32,162 bases of DNA from Myxococcales bacterium. GTDB taxonomy: Bacteria; Myxococcota_A; UBA9042. The translations under genes and the position numbers were made by a program. Each line of letters starts with the position of its first letter. Position 1 is the stretch's first letter. The notes below the pieces were generated by a model, which did no database searches, was not told where the DNA came from, and worked only from the letters and a program-made list of their open reading frames with translations. Where the stretch lies: positions 1 to 32,162 of the forward strand of contig JBBISH010000078.1 in assembly GCA_037441385.1 (NCBI GenBank). The letters run 5' to 3'. This document shows positions 17,987 through 27,439 of the stretch, piece after piece.

Positions 17987-18709
17987 CTACAGTTGGCCAA
18001 GGCGAGGCCGCAGCAACTGCCCCGCCAGCACAAGACCCGCCAAGGCACACAGCCACTGCACCGCGGACAGGCCCAGCGCCAGGGGCTGCGCGTCGATCCG
18101 GACGAATTCCAACCCGAAGCGAATCACCGCGTAGCCCGCCAGGTAGAGCTTGAACAGGTGGCCACGCGGCAACGGCAGACGGCGCGCCCCAAAGATCAGT
18201 GCAAAAAGCAGCAAGTCCAAGGCGAGTTCGTAAAGCTGCGCGGGGTGGTGCCCGGCCACGCTCCAGGGCAGTTCGCTGGGCTTGCCGCCGCAACAGCCGT
18301 GCAGAAAGCAGCCCAGCCGCCCCACGGCCTGGCCCAGTGGCAGGGCCAGCGCCCAGGCGTCGCCCGTCGACTCGCGGATTCCCAGCAACCGCTTGTGGAT
18401 TTCTACACCCGCGTAGCCGCCGGCCAGCCCGCCGACCACCGTCTTGCCGGTAAAATCCAGGTCGCGCATCCGCGCCACGGTGTGGGCAAAATCGCCCAAG
18501 TCCTCAAACAGCAACATGCCCAGCTTGGCGCCGGCCATCGCCCCCAGCAGCGCACCGATACCCAGCCAGCGCAGGCGCGGATCCCGGTCGTAGCCCAGCC
18601 GCCGCACCTCGCTGCGGCGAACCCGCCAGCCCACCAGCAGCGCCAAGGCCACCAGAACCGCGTAGGAGCTGACGGCGAAGTCGCCGATTTGGAACAGAAC
18701 TGGCTGCAT
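17987..18709 (-). CDS. lgt: Prolipoprotein diacylglyceryl transferase family protein (divergent Lgt-like)
   Basis: MQPVLFQIG..VSSY, GRLGCFLHGCCGG, HPAQLYE, IRFGLEFVR. Its stop codon directly abuts the ffh stop. Confidence 0.85.
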   Translation of the reverse strand: MQPVLFQIGDFAVSSYAVLVALALLVGWRVRRSEVRRLGYDRDPRLRWLGIGALLGAMAGAKLGMLLFEDLGDFAHTVARMRDLDFTGKTVVGGLAGGYAGVEIHKRLLGIRESTGDAWALALPLGQAVGRLGCFLHGCCGGKPSELPWSVAGHHPAQLYELALDLLLFALIFGARRLPLPRGHLFKLYLAGYAVIRFGLEFVRIDAQPLALGLSAVQWLCALAGLVLAGQLLRPRLGQL

Positions 18710-18815
18710 ACTTGCCCTTTGCGACGCCGAGTCCACTAGCATAACACCGCACGGCGTGGCACCGAAGTACGGCCGGCGCCCGGCCATCGACCCCAGCAAA
18801 TTCAACGAGTAGAAA

Positions 18816-19250
18816 ATGCCCCCCTTTTCGACCAAGGTGTCCTTGCCGGGAATTCTGCGCCTGCGCTGCCCGGCGTGCTGGACCGGCGCGATGTTCGCCG
18901 GGCCCCTGCGCATGAACCCGCGCTGCCCCCACTGCGACTACCAGTTCGACCGCGGCAACGGCTACTTCATCGGCGCCATGTACAGCAGCTACTTGCTGTC
19001 GTTGGGCCTAGCGGCGGTGGTGGCGGGGGCGCTGTTCTGGGCGGGCTGGAGCGTGTGGCCGATCGTCGGCGCCTGCGCGATCGCGGTGAGCCTGGCCGGT
19101 CCGCTGGCGATCTTCCCGTATTCGCGCGTGTTGTGGGTCTGGGCAGAGCGCGACGGCTGGCTGCACGACGGCCAAGAGGATGTGGCCACCTTGCGGGCTC
19201 GGCACTTGCAGAAGGCGCGCGGCGCCGCGCGGCCCCCCACGGCGAGCTAG
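18816..19250 (+). CDS. DUF983-like Zn-ribbon membrane protein
   Basis: RCPAC..G.MF...CPHC..F.R..GYFIGAMY.SY followed by two TM helices. Confidence 0.8.
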   Translation: MPPFSTKVSLPGILRLRCPACWTGAMFAGPLRMNPRCPHCDYQFDRGNGYFIGAMYSSYLLSLGLAAVVAGALFWAGWSVWPIVGACAIAVSLAGPLAIFPYSRVLWVWAERDGWLHDGQEDVATLRARHLQKARGAARPPTAS

Positions 19251-19287
19251 CAAGATAGAAGCGACAGAATTTGTCGCATGACCAGCG

Positions 19288-19692
19288 CTACGGCGTTTGC
19301 AGCCACTCGGTCAGCGGCTCGAAGTAGTAGTCGATCCAGCCCTGCTTGTAGCGATCGCCGCTGCCCGGCGGAATTTCGGTGTGGCGCAGGGTGAGCCAGG
19401 TACCGCCGTCGCCCGCGCGCAGATGGATCTCCACCTGCGAATCCGGCGCGTCGCTTGGGAACTCGCCGGTGCGCCAGCGCTGCAAGATGCGGACATTGGG
19501 CTGCAACTCGAGATGAACGCCCTGGATGTAGCCGTCCCAAGCCGTAAAGGCGCCGCCGGGAACCGGGTCCGACGTGGCCCCCGCCTCGGTAAAGTCGGCG
19601 TGCAGCTCGGCGGTGATCCAGGCACGGAAGATGGCTTCAGGGCTCGCCACAAAGAACGCTTCGAGTTCGAACGCTTCGGTCGCTCCGCTCAT
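19288..19692 (-). CDS. SRPBCC / AHSA1-like (START-fold) protein
   Basis: SPEAIFRAW, PGGAFTAWDGYIQG, RILQRWR, TWLTLRHTEIP, GWIDYYFEPL. Confidence 0.88.
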   Translation of the reverse strand: MSGATEAFELEAFFVASPEAIFRAWITAELHADFTEAGATSDPVPGGAFTAWDGYIQGVHLELQPNVRILQRWRTGEFPSDAPDSQVEIHLRAGDGGTWLTLRHTEIPPGSGDRYKQGWIDYYFEPLTEWLQTP

Positions 19693-19722
19693 CGCTTCCC
19701 CCTTTGGCGGCCGCCGTGGCGG

Positions 19723-20460
19723 TCAGCCCATTGCTTGCAGCACAGCTTGCTCGAATCGGCGAGCATCCCCAGCAAATTCAGCAAGCTCCGCCGGCTCGAA
19801 CTGACGCGCCAGCACGCCCCCGGCCACCACGGCCGCGCGGGTCGCCACGGCGAGCGTCGCCTCGGCCATGTGGCTGGCCAGCACAAACGCCGTGCCCTGA
19901 TCGCGGCGTGCGCATATCAAATCGCGCAGCGCCAGGGCCGACCGCACGTCCAGTCCGGTGTGCGGCTCGTCCAGCAGGATGAGCGGCGCCCGGCTCAAGA
20001 ACGCGAGGCACAGTGCGGCCTTGTGTGCCATGCCGCCCGACAAAGAGCGGATCGGCAAGTCCAGGGCGCGGTCCAAGCGGAACGTGGCGGCCAACTCGGT
20101 CAACTCCGCGGGCCACTGCGGAGCAAGTCCGCGAAATCCGGCCATCGCTGCGGCATGCTCGCGCAGACTGCACAGGGGCGCCAGCGGGGGATGCTGGGCG
20201 ACGTAGACCAGCTGGGCGCGGGCCTGCTCGGCCTGGCGCCGCAGATCGACGCCGAGCACGGCCACGTCGCCGGCATCGGCGGGCAGCTCGCCCGCCAAAA
20301 GCCGCATCAGGGTGGTCTTGCCCGCACCGTTTTCGCCAAGCAGCACCAGGATCTCGCTGGCGTGCAGACGCAGATCCACCCGCGACAGTACGACCTTGTC
20401 GCCATAGCGCTTGGAAAGACCTGCGGCCTGCAGCACGGGCTCTGTGCCTGGTTGCGTCAT
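19723..20460 (-). CDS. ABC transporter ATP-binding protein
   Basis: GENGAGKT, LSGGM, LILLDEP, H-loop SHM. Confidence 0.93.
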   Translation of the reverse strand: MTQPGTEPVLQAAGLSKRYGDKVVLSRVDLRLHASEILVLLGENGAGKTTLMRLLAGELPADAGDVAVLGVDLRRQAEQARAQLVYVAQHPPLAPLCSLREHAAAMAGFRGLAPQWPAELTELAATFRLDRALDLPIRSLSGGMAHKAALCLAFLSRAPLILLDEPHTGLDVRSALALRDLICARRDQGTAFVLASHMAEATLAVATRAAVVAGGVLARQFEPAELAEFAGDARRFEQAVLQAMG

Positions 20461-20476
20461 GCGCTCCCCACTCCTA

Positions 20477-20598
20477 CGGAATCCGTCCGAATCGGATCAA
20501 AACCTGGGGCCATTCTTCGGGCCCGAACCGGGGTCGACGCCGGATTCTCGCCAGTTGCAGACCAGGCCACAAAAACAGGACCGGCAAGAATCGGGTGG
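20477..20598 (-). repeat. Structured intergenic repeat, copy D (full length, inverted relative to A-C)
   Basis: Reverse complement matches 1-122 without gaps (96/122). Fills most of the gap between the membrane protein gene and the ABC ATPase gene. Confidence 0.9.
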
Positions 20599-20606
20599 GG
20601 TGCGCA

Positions 20607-21908
20607 TCATGGGGCCCCGTGGTGGCCGGTCGCGGCCAGGCAAAGTACCGTCAAGGCTGGCCCCAAGCGTGGCCACCAGCGCGCGGCCGGACCATGCCAG
20701 CGCCCGGCCAGCGCCCACCCCAGGCCGATGCCGACCAGCGAACCGGCCAACGGCGCCCAGAACGGCGACGCCACGGTGCTCAGGCCAATCGTCAACAGGG
20801 CTTGGCCGCCCAGCTGCAGGGCGAGTCGCCGCGCCACCGCAAGATCGTCGCGACCGGCGGCCCCCAGCCAAGCGCCCGCGCTCGCGACTTCGCTGTCGGC
20901 CAATTCGCCCGTCCGCGCGCTCGCATACCAGCCGATCCCCAAGCCCACGCCCAACCAGTTGACCAGAGCCAGGTCGTCGCGCGCCGCCACCGCCGCCAAC
21001 CCCACCAACAGGGCGACCGCCACGTGCGAGGCCGGATGCTGGCGCGACCACCCCAGCAAGTGCCAGCGCTCGACCGCGTCCTGCACCGGCGGCCAGTCCA
21101 GCCAGGGCGGCAGCTCGGGCAACAACTGTCCTTGGGCAAAGGGAGTCGCGTGCGCCAGCTCCACGGCCCGCAGGCCCGCGTGCAGCCCCGTCACGGTGTG
21201 GGCCCAGGCCCGCCGCACCAGCGCGCCCCCCAACACCGCGGTGATCGCGAAAATCAACGCCGACGCGGCCCAAGGATCCTGCGCCGGCCGAGCCCCCAGC
21301 CACGCCGAGAGCAGCGCCGCGGGCACCAGGCCCAGCAGCAGGCCCAACGCTGGGGCATATAGGAGCGGCGCCGCCTCGGCCGGGCCAAAAACGCCCCCGC
21401 CAGACAGCAGTTCAAAGGCCTGCCGCCGTTCGCCGCCTACCATCCCCAGGGCCACCAACAACGCTGCGGCACTGCCCGCCCAGGCGCCCACCTGGCCACA
21501 GGCCACCAACACGGCCAGATGGGGCGACTCGCCGCTTCCGCTCAGCGCAGCGGCCATCGCCAACGGTCCGGCCAGCGTGGCCAGCAGCACCTTGGCCGAA
21601 TCAGCAAGAGCTGCATGCACTTGCTGCGACGAGGCCTCGCCCAGCCAGCGCCGGGTCGCGCCGTTCTTGGGCGTGGTGAGCATCTGCAGTTGCAGAGCTG
21701 GCAGGGCCAAAGCAGCCAAGGCCGCAAGACGAAATGCGATATCGGCAGCGCGCACCGGGCTCAGGCCGCGCAGCGAGCCGGCCAGCAACGCCCCCAAGCC
21801 TGCGCTTGCCACGGCGACTGCTGTCAAGACCCAGAACGACGGCGCCCCCGACAGGTGGCGCGGGAGGGACTTGGACGCGGGCATCGGTTGGCGGGCAGGG
21901 GCAAGCAC
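20607..21908 (-). CDS. Polytopic membrane protein, probable permease partner of the ABC ATPase
   Basis: Many Ala/Leu-rich hydrophobic segments; co-directional and upstream of the ABC ATPase. Start GTG 21908 or ATG 21884. Confidence 0.6.
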   Translation of the reverse strand: MLAPARQPMPASKSLPRHLSGAPSFWVLTAVAVASAGLGALLAGSLRGLSPVRAADIAFRLAALAALALPALQLQMLTTPKNGATRRWLGEASSQQVHAALADSAKVLLATLAGPLAMAAALSGSGESPHLAVLVACGQVGAWAGSAAALLVALGMVGGERRQAFELLSGGGVFGPAEAAPLLYAPALGLLLGLVPAALLSAWLGARPAQDPWAASALIFAITAVLGGALVRRAWAHTVTGLHAGLRAVELAHATPFAQGQLLPELPPWLDWPPVQDAVERWHLLGWSRQHPASHVAVALLVGLAAVAARDDLALVNWLGVGLGIGWYASARTGELADSEVASAGAWLGAAGRDDLAVARRLALQLGGQALLTIGLSTVASPFWAPLAGSLVGIGLGWALAGRWHGPAARWWPRLGPALTVLCLAATGHHGAP

Positions 21909-21971
21909 GGCGTCAAACTAGCACACCCAAGTCGATTTGTCGTGCCGCGGCGGGCGTGGCAGCATCGCGGC

Positions 21972-23552
21972 ATGCACGACGCGAACCCACACCCTGTTCC
22001 CCGGTCGCCCGCACCCCGCGCAGGGCTGACCACGGCTGTGGCGGCACTGCTGGCGGGCCTGTTGGGGTCCGCGCCGCTCAGCGACGGCGACGCGGTAATG
22101 CACGCCGCCATCGGCCGGTGGATGGTGCGGCATGGCCAGCTCCTGCCTACCCCAGACCCGCTGGTCTGGACCGACCGCGGGGGCGACCACCAGCACGAGT
22201 GGCTGGCGCAGCTGCTGATCGGTGCCGCCGTGAACGCGGGAGGTTTGGGCAGCCTGCGCGTCTTGGGCGGCTTGCTTGCGGCCGTATGCGCGGTGCTGCT
22301 GTCTCGCTTGGCGCACCGCCACGGCGCAGCCATGGGTGCGGTGGTGGGGCTGTGGCTGCTGGCCGTGCAACCGCACTTGGCACCCCGGCCGCACCTGCTG
22401 GGCTGGACGATGGCAGTCGCTGTGCTGGGCTATGGAGTGCTGGCCCCGCAACCCTGGACGCGCCGGCAGGCGCTGGGCTGGTTGGCGGCCGGTGCGCTGT
22501 GGGCCAACCTCCACTCCAGCGTCTTGATCGCGCCCGTGTATGCCGCCCTGATCGCCGCGGATCGCCTGCTACTGGCCCGCATGGCCAAGCAACCGTTGCC
22601 GTGGCAAGACTCGCTCGTACGCGTGGGCGTGTGTGGGGTCGCGACCCTGCTGCAGCCGTTGGGTCCCCAGCTTGCCGGGTATGTGTGGCAGTCGCAGCAG
22701 ATCGGCGCCGGCTTGTCAGACGAGTGGCTGCCCCTGCTGGCCCCCGACGTGGTGGCCGGCCAGCCGTTTGCGCTTGCTGCCTGGGCGGTTGCGCTGATTC
22801 TCTTGGCCCTGGCGGCGCGGCAGGTATGGCGCGGCCAGCGACCGTCGTGGCCGGGATCCTTGGCTGGTACGGCCGCGGTGCTGCACGCGGCGGTGACGCG
22901 GCGCATGTCGGTGTTCTTGTTCTTGCCGCTGTTGTTCGGCGCCCAGGCCTTGCCGGGCAAGCCATGGCTCGGCGCGGGCGTGCTCGCAGGGGCGGCCGCC
23001 GTGCTCCTGCCCCGCGTCAGCGATGTTTGGACGGCGCGCGAGACGCGCCAGGGTGCGTTTCCAGAGGCCGCAACCGCGTTTCTGCAGCGTGCTCACCTCC
23101 GCGGCCGGGTGTTCAACCCCGATCCGTGGGGTGGCTGGCTGGCCTGGAACCTGAGCGAGCCGCAGCAGACCCAAGTCTTCTTGGATGGCCGGCTACTCTT
23201 GGGTGGGCGACAAGTCGCGGAAGACCTAATTGCCATGCAAGTCCGTAATCTGCATGGACAAGAGCTACTGACCCGCTACGACATCGAAGTCTTGATTCAA
23301 CGCACAGGCGACTATCTGCAAGTGCCGCCCCCCGATCCAAACCAATGGTACTTGGCCTGGCGCGACAGCCAGGCGGTCGTGCTGGTGCGAAAAGGTGCAA
23401 ACTGGCAGCACAATCGTGCCGGCGCCGCCGCCGCCCTGGCCGAAAGCGAGCGCGTTCGCCGCACCCATTGGCCGCAGCCTTTGCGTGGGCCACCCGGCGT
23501 GGCGACCCCCACCGACGTGCGCTCCATCTTGGAAGCCGGCCCCAATCCGTAG
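21972..23552 (+). CDS. Polytopic membrane protein of a widespread uncharacterised GT-C-like family
   Basis: D..MH..IGRW..DP..HEWLAQ, RPHL, LWANLHS, EWLP, FP.AA..FL, GRVFN..WGGWL.W, VFLDGR motifs. ATG at 21972. Confidence 0.75.
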   Translation: MHDANPHPVPRSPAPRAGLTTAVAALLAGLLGSAPLSDGDAVMHAAIGRWMVRHGQLLPTPDPLVWTDRGGDHQHEWLAQLLIGAAVNAGGLGSLRVLGGLLAAVCAVLLSRLAHRHGAAMGAVVGLWLLAVQPHLAPRPHLLGWTMAVAVLGYGVLAPQPWTRRQALGWLAAGALWANLHSSVLIAPVYAALIAADRLLLARMAKQPLPWQDSLVRVGVCGVATLLQPLGPQLAGYVWQSQQIGAGLSDEWLPLLAPDVVAGQPFALAAWAVALILLALAARQVWRGQRPSWPGSLAGTAAVLHAAVTRRMSVFLFLPLLFGAQALPGKPWLGAGVLAGAAAVLLPRVSDVWTARETRQGAFPEAATAFLQRAHLRGRVFNPDPWGGWLAWNLSEPQQTQVFLDGRLLLGGRQVAEDLIAMQVRNLHGQELLTRYDIEVLIQRTGDYLQVPPPDPNQWYLAWRDSQAVVLVRKGANWQHNRAGAAAALAESERVRRTHWPQPLRGPPGVATPTDVRSILEAGPNP

Positions 23553-23966
23553 CCCGCGAGACAGGCGAAGCACGCGACGCAACACTTCTTTTCCGACATG
23601 ACACTTTTGCAACAAACGTTCGTTTTATGGCTTGACGCTCCTGCGGCACCCGCCCAGACTGGCCGTAGACGCTGTACGAGCGCGCTGGCAGGGGGTCAGT
23701 GGGCATCGTTCTACTTGTCGACACCGGCGGTTCGGGGTTGGGTGGGCACCCGCCCGTGGCGCCAAGGAGGTTCCATCGCAGCGCCTGGGCAGAGGGCCGC
23801 CTGCGACAACCCATCGACGCTTCGGTCCGCCGCGCTGTCTCCGTCGCCAAGGGGACATCGGCAGCGGAAAGGCTAGCGAAAATGCCTGGGTCCTACGGCC
23901 CGGTCAGGTTCGCAGGGCCGTCCTGGGCGCAGGGTCTCGTCGCAGCCAGCAGAGGTGACTCGCATC

Positions 23967-25028
23967 ATGGCAGATCCACAACAGCATCCCGAGCCGACGC
24001 CGACCTCGGCCAAGGCAGGTATCTTCTCGTTCGCCTACTCCAGGCGTGTCTTTGGACTCCTCGTCGTCGCCCTGGCCGTGGGCGCGGCCGTGCGGGCTGC
24101 CGCTAAGCCCGCAGGATTTGGGGTGCGCGGCCATTGGCGCGACGCCGCACCGGCCGAAGAAGCGGCTCGCACGCCGCTGCTGCAAGGCAAGCTGACCTGC
24201 GCGGACTGCCACAAACCCGAATTCACCGGCCACGAAAAGGACGTGCACCGCTCGATCCAGTGCGAAGTCTGCCACGGACCCGGTCGCGAACACGTCAAGG
24301 CCCGCAAGTCCGACGCGCCGGTCGACCAAGAGCGGATGTTCCGCGAGCTCGAGCCGTCGAACTGCCTGACTTGCCACAGCCGGCTGTCGGCGCGGCCCAG
24401 TTCGCACCCGACCATCGACCCCGTCGCCCACTACGAGTTCCGCGGCGTGACCGATCCCAAGACGCCGTGTCAGTCGTGCCACAGCCCGCACGAGCCACTG
24501 TACTTGGAGACCGAGGTCGGCAAGGCGCGGCCCCACCCATTGGTCCAGCAGTGCCGCGACTGCCACCGCGACCCGGCCACCCAGGCCAAGCCCGTGCCAG
24601 AGGGCCACGTCGCCATCTTTGACTGCAAGGACTGCCACGACGACATCGCCGCCAGTTTTGCCCAGCGTCCGCACGCCAAGGAACTGCAGTGCCGCACTTG
24701 CCACAAGCTGCACAAAGAGACGGAGTCGTCGGCGCGCATGTTCAAGAACGGCAACCCGCGCTTCTGCCTGATGTGCCACGAGCAAAAGCCGTTCAAGGGC
24801 AAGGGCAAGATCCCGCTCATCGCCGGCTTTGCCCAGCACGTCGCGGACATGGGCGGCCCAGAGGACAAGGACAAGCGCTGCGTGGACTGCCACTTCACCG
24901 AGTACATCCACGAGCGCTCGACCCGGCGTGCCCACTTGGTACCGCCAGCCACTGCCACACCAACGGACGCCCCGGCAGCCGCGACGCCCACTCAGCCCAC
25001 CTCGGCACCGACGCAGAAGGAGGAGTAG
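23967..25028 (+). CDS. Multiheme cytochrome c, 9 CxxCH, N-terminal membrane anchor or signal
   Basis: CADCH, CEVCH, CLTCH, CQSCH, CRDCH, CKDCH, CRTCH, CLMCH, CVDCH; GAGGTGA before ATG 23967. Confidence 0.93.
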   Translation: MADPQQHPEPTPTSAKAGIFSFAYSRRVFGLLVVALAVGAAVRAAAKPAGFGVRGHWRDAAPAEEAARTPLLQGKLTCADCHKPEFTGHEKDVHRSIQCEVCHGPGREHVKARKSDAPVDQERMFRELEPSNCLTCHSRLSARPSSHPTIDPVAHYEFRGVTDPKTPCQSCHSPHEPLYLETEVGKARPHPLVQQCRDCHRDPATQAKPVPEGHVAIFDCKDCHDDIAASFAQRPHAKELQCRTCHKLHKETESSARMFKNGNPRFCLMCHEQKPFKGKGKIPLIAGFAQHVADMGGPEDKDKRCVDCHFTEYIHERSTRRAHLVPPATATPTDAPAAATPTQPTSAPTQKEE

Positions 25029-25030
25029 CC

Positions 25031-25855
25031 ATGAGTCGTCTCCCAACCGAAAAACTGTCGCTGGGCCAAGGCTGCGCCGCCGCGGCGGGCCTGAAGGTCA
25101 GCCGCCGCGACGCCGTCAAGACCGGTATCACCATCACCATGGGCTCGCTGTACGTGTACGCGTTCCAGCGCAACGCCGAAGCCAGCTCGACGGCCGAAGG
25201 CAGCAAGTCGCCGTTCCCGCCCAGCGATCACTGGTACGCCTACGCGGTCGACACCACCAAGTGCATCGGCTGCGGCTCGTGCGCCCGCGCCTGCAAGGCC
25301 GAAAACAACGTGCCGGACGGCTACTACCGCACCTGGGTCGAGCGCTACACCATCACTGAGGACCGCGAAGTCATCGTCGACTCGCCGCTGGGCGCGCTCA
25401 AGGGCTTCAAGGGCGACCCCGACACCAAGGGCAAGAAGATCGAAAAGAGCTTCTTTGTCCCCAAGCTGTGCAACCACTGCGAGTCATCGCCGTGCGTGCA
25501 GGTCTGCCCGGTCGGCGCATCGTACATGTCGCCCGAAGGCGTCATGCTGGTCGACCGCGAACACTGCGTGGGCTGCGGCTATTGCGTGCAAGCGTGCCCG
25601 TACGGCTCGCGCTTCTTGGACCCGGTCCACGGCTGGGCCGACAAGTGCACGCTGTGCTACCACCGCATCAGCAAGGGTCTTCCGCCGGCTTGCGTACAGT
25701 CGTGCCCCGTGGGCGCGCGCACGTACGGCGACCTGCGCGACCCCAAGAGCGCCGTGCGCAAGCTCATCGGCACCAGTCGCTACAAGGTGATCAAGCCCGA
25801 GCTCGGCACCAAGCCCAAGTGCTACTACATCGGTCTGGACGAGGAGGTGAGGTAA
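25031..25855 (+). CDS. Tat-exported 4x[4Fe-4S] protein (NrfC/PsrB/TtrB family)
   Basis: SRRDAVK twin-arginine motif; CIGCGSCARAC, CNHC..SPCVQVCP, CVGCGYCVQACP, KCTLC..ACVQSCP; AGGAG RBS. Confidence 0.95.
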   Translation: MSRLPTEKLSLGQGCAAAAGLKVSRRDAVKTGITITMGSLYVYAFQRNAEASSTAEGSKSPFPPSDHWYAYAVDTTKCIGCGSCARACKAENNVPDGYYRTWVERYTITEDREVIVDSPLGALKGFKGDPDTKGKKIEKSFFVPKLCNHCESSPCVQVCPVGASYMSPEGVMLVDREHCVGCGYCVQACPYGSRFLDPVHGWADKCTLCYHRISKGLPPACVQSCPVGARTYGDLRDPKSAVRKLIGTSRYKVIKPELGTKPKCYYIGLDEEVR

Positions 25856-25987
25856 GGAAACCCGCGGAGTCGAGCCGATTTCCGTGGTGACCTTGGCCAC
25901 TGCAGCGCGCACCGCCATTGCCCGCCAGGCGCGGGCCCAAGCGCCGCACCGCTGCCCCTATCACCGCCTTTTCGAGTTGAGGTCCAC

Positions 25988-27223
25988 ATGCACAACATCG
26001 CAGAAAACGTAACTGGATTCGTGTTTCCCAACGAGGTGAACGTCCACTGGACGATCATGATCGTGCTCTACCCGTACATCACGGGCCTGGTGGCCGGCGC
26101 CTTCATCGTCTCGTCGCTGTACCACCTGTTTGGCCGCCACGAGCTCAAGCCGGTCGCCCGGTTCGCTTTGACGGCGTCGCTGGTGTTCCTGCTGTTTGCG
26201 CCCCTGCCGCTGCTGACCCACCTGGGCATCCCGTCGCGGGCGTTCAACATCATGATCACCCCCAACTCCAGCTCGGCCATGGCCGGGTTTGGCTTTGTGT
26301 ACCTGACCTACTTCATCATCGTCGCCATCGAGGTGTGGTTCTCGCTGCGCGAAGACATCGTAGCCCGCGCCAAAACGGCCACGGGGCTCAAGGGCTTTGG
26401 CTATCGGGCGTTGGCGTTCTTCGACACCACCGTCACGCCAGGCACCCACGCGGTCGATCACAAGATCGTCAGCTTCTTTGCTGCCGTGGGTATCCCGGCC
26501 GCCTGCTTCCTGCACGGCTACGTGGGCTTCTTGTTCGGCGCGATCAAGGCCAACCCGTGGTGGTCCACGCCCCTGATGTTCATCATCTTCTTGCTGTCGG
26601 CGATCGTGTCGGGCATTTCGGTGCTGATCTTCTTGTTCTTCCTGATCTCGTGGCTCCGCAAGGCGCCCGTCGACCGCCCGTGCGTGCAGACCATGGGGAA
26701 CTACCTGTGGGGCTTCATGATCATCGACGTAACCCTAGAGGTCCTGCAGCTGCTGTCGCTCAGCTACGCCAAGCAGCGCGACTGGGATGCACTGAACACG
26801 CTGATCCACGACAAGCTGTTCATCTCGCACGTGGTGATTCAGCTGCTCATCTGCTCGCTGCTGCCGTTCCTCTTCCTGGGCGCCAACGCCATCTGGAAGG
26901 TCAAAGAGAAAGTGTCCAACTTCCTGATCCTGTCGTCGGCGATTCTGCTGCTGATCCAGGTGCTGGCGATGCGCTGGAACGTGGTCATCGGTGGCCAGCT
27001 GATGTCGCGCAGCTTCCGCGGCTTTACCAGCTACACGCCCGGTCTGTGGGAGCGCGAAGGCCTGATCGTGGCGGCAGTGATCTTCACGGTCCCGTTCTTC
27101 CTGCTGCGCGTGGTGGACAAGATTGTGCCCCTGTTCCCGCCGGACAGCGCCATTGGCTCGGTCAGCAAGCGCGGTGCTGCCCCGGCGGCCGTGGAGCCCC
27201 CGGCGGCCCCGCCCGCAGCCTGA
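25988..27223 (+). CDS. nrfD: NrfD/PsrC-family quinol-interacting membrane subunit
   Basis: W...IVLYPYITGLVAGAF, HLGIPSR, SSAMAGFG, LHGYVGFLF, NPWW.TP, MRWNVVIGGQ; follows the NrfC-like gene. The symbol is at family level only. Confidence 0.9.
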   Translation: MHNIAENVTGFVFPNEVNVHWTIMIVLYPYITGLVAGAFIVSSLYHLFGRHELKPVARFALTASLVFLLFAPLPLLTHLGIPSRAFNIMITPNSSSAMAGFGFVYLTYFIIVAIEVWFSLREDIVARAKTATGLKGFGYRALAFFDTTVTPGTHAVDHKIVSFFAAVGIPAACFLHGYVGFLFGAIKANPWWSTPLMFIIFLLSAIVSGISVLIFLFFLISWLRKAPVDRPCVQTMGNYLWGFMIIDVTLEVLQLLSLSYAKQRDWDALNTLIHDKLFISHVVIQLLICSLLPFLFLGANAIWKVKEKVSNFLILSSAILLLIQVLAMRWNVVIGGQLMSRSFRGFTSYTPGLWEREGLIVAAVIFTVPFFLLRVVDKIVPLFPPDSAIGSVSKRGAAPAAVEPPAAPPAA

Positions 27224-27439
27224 GCGCCAAACCCGCCGACCGGAGCCCACGCACGGACGCATATTCGCCGGCCTCCAGGTCATTAGCTGCATAATTCCAA
27301 TACATTACAGACACCAAATCCCGGCAACGCGTGACAGCAGCGTGACCGTGTAGCGGCCTTTCGATCTGCCGCAACGCGTCAAGCTGCGTTATCCTGCCCC
27401 TGTAGGGCGGGCCTGACCCCGCTTGAGCAGGAGAACCGC

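Noticed and set aside
1..20598. Repeat family as a CRISPR array or integron attC sites
   Set aside because: Copies are long, dispersed and in mixed orientation, with no regular spacers, no clear RYYYAAC/GTTRRRY ends, and no cas or integrase gene.
23850..23950. SRP RNA (GTCAGG) or c-di-GMP/GEMM riboswitch
   Set aside because: Lacks the CCGGAAGGAAGCAGC core of SRP RNA and the GNRA-capped P2 layout of GEMM; only fragmentary resemblance.
25871..25881. CGAGCCGATTT as a fifth repeat copy
   Set aside because: Only an 11-nt match; the flanks do not align.
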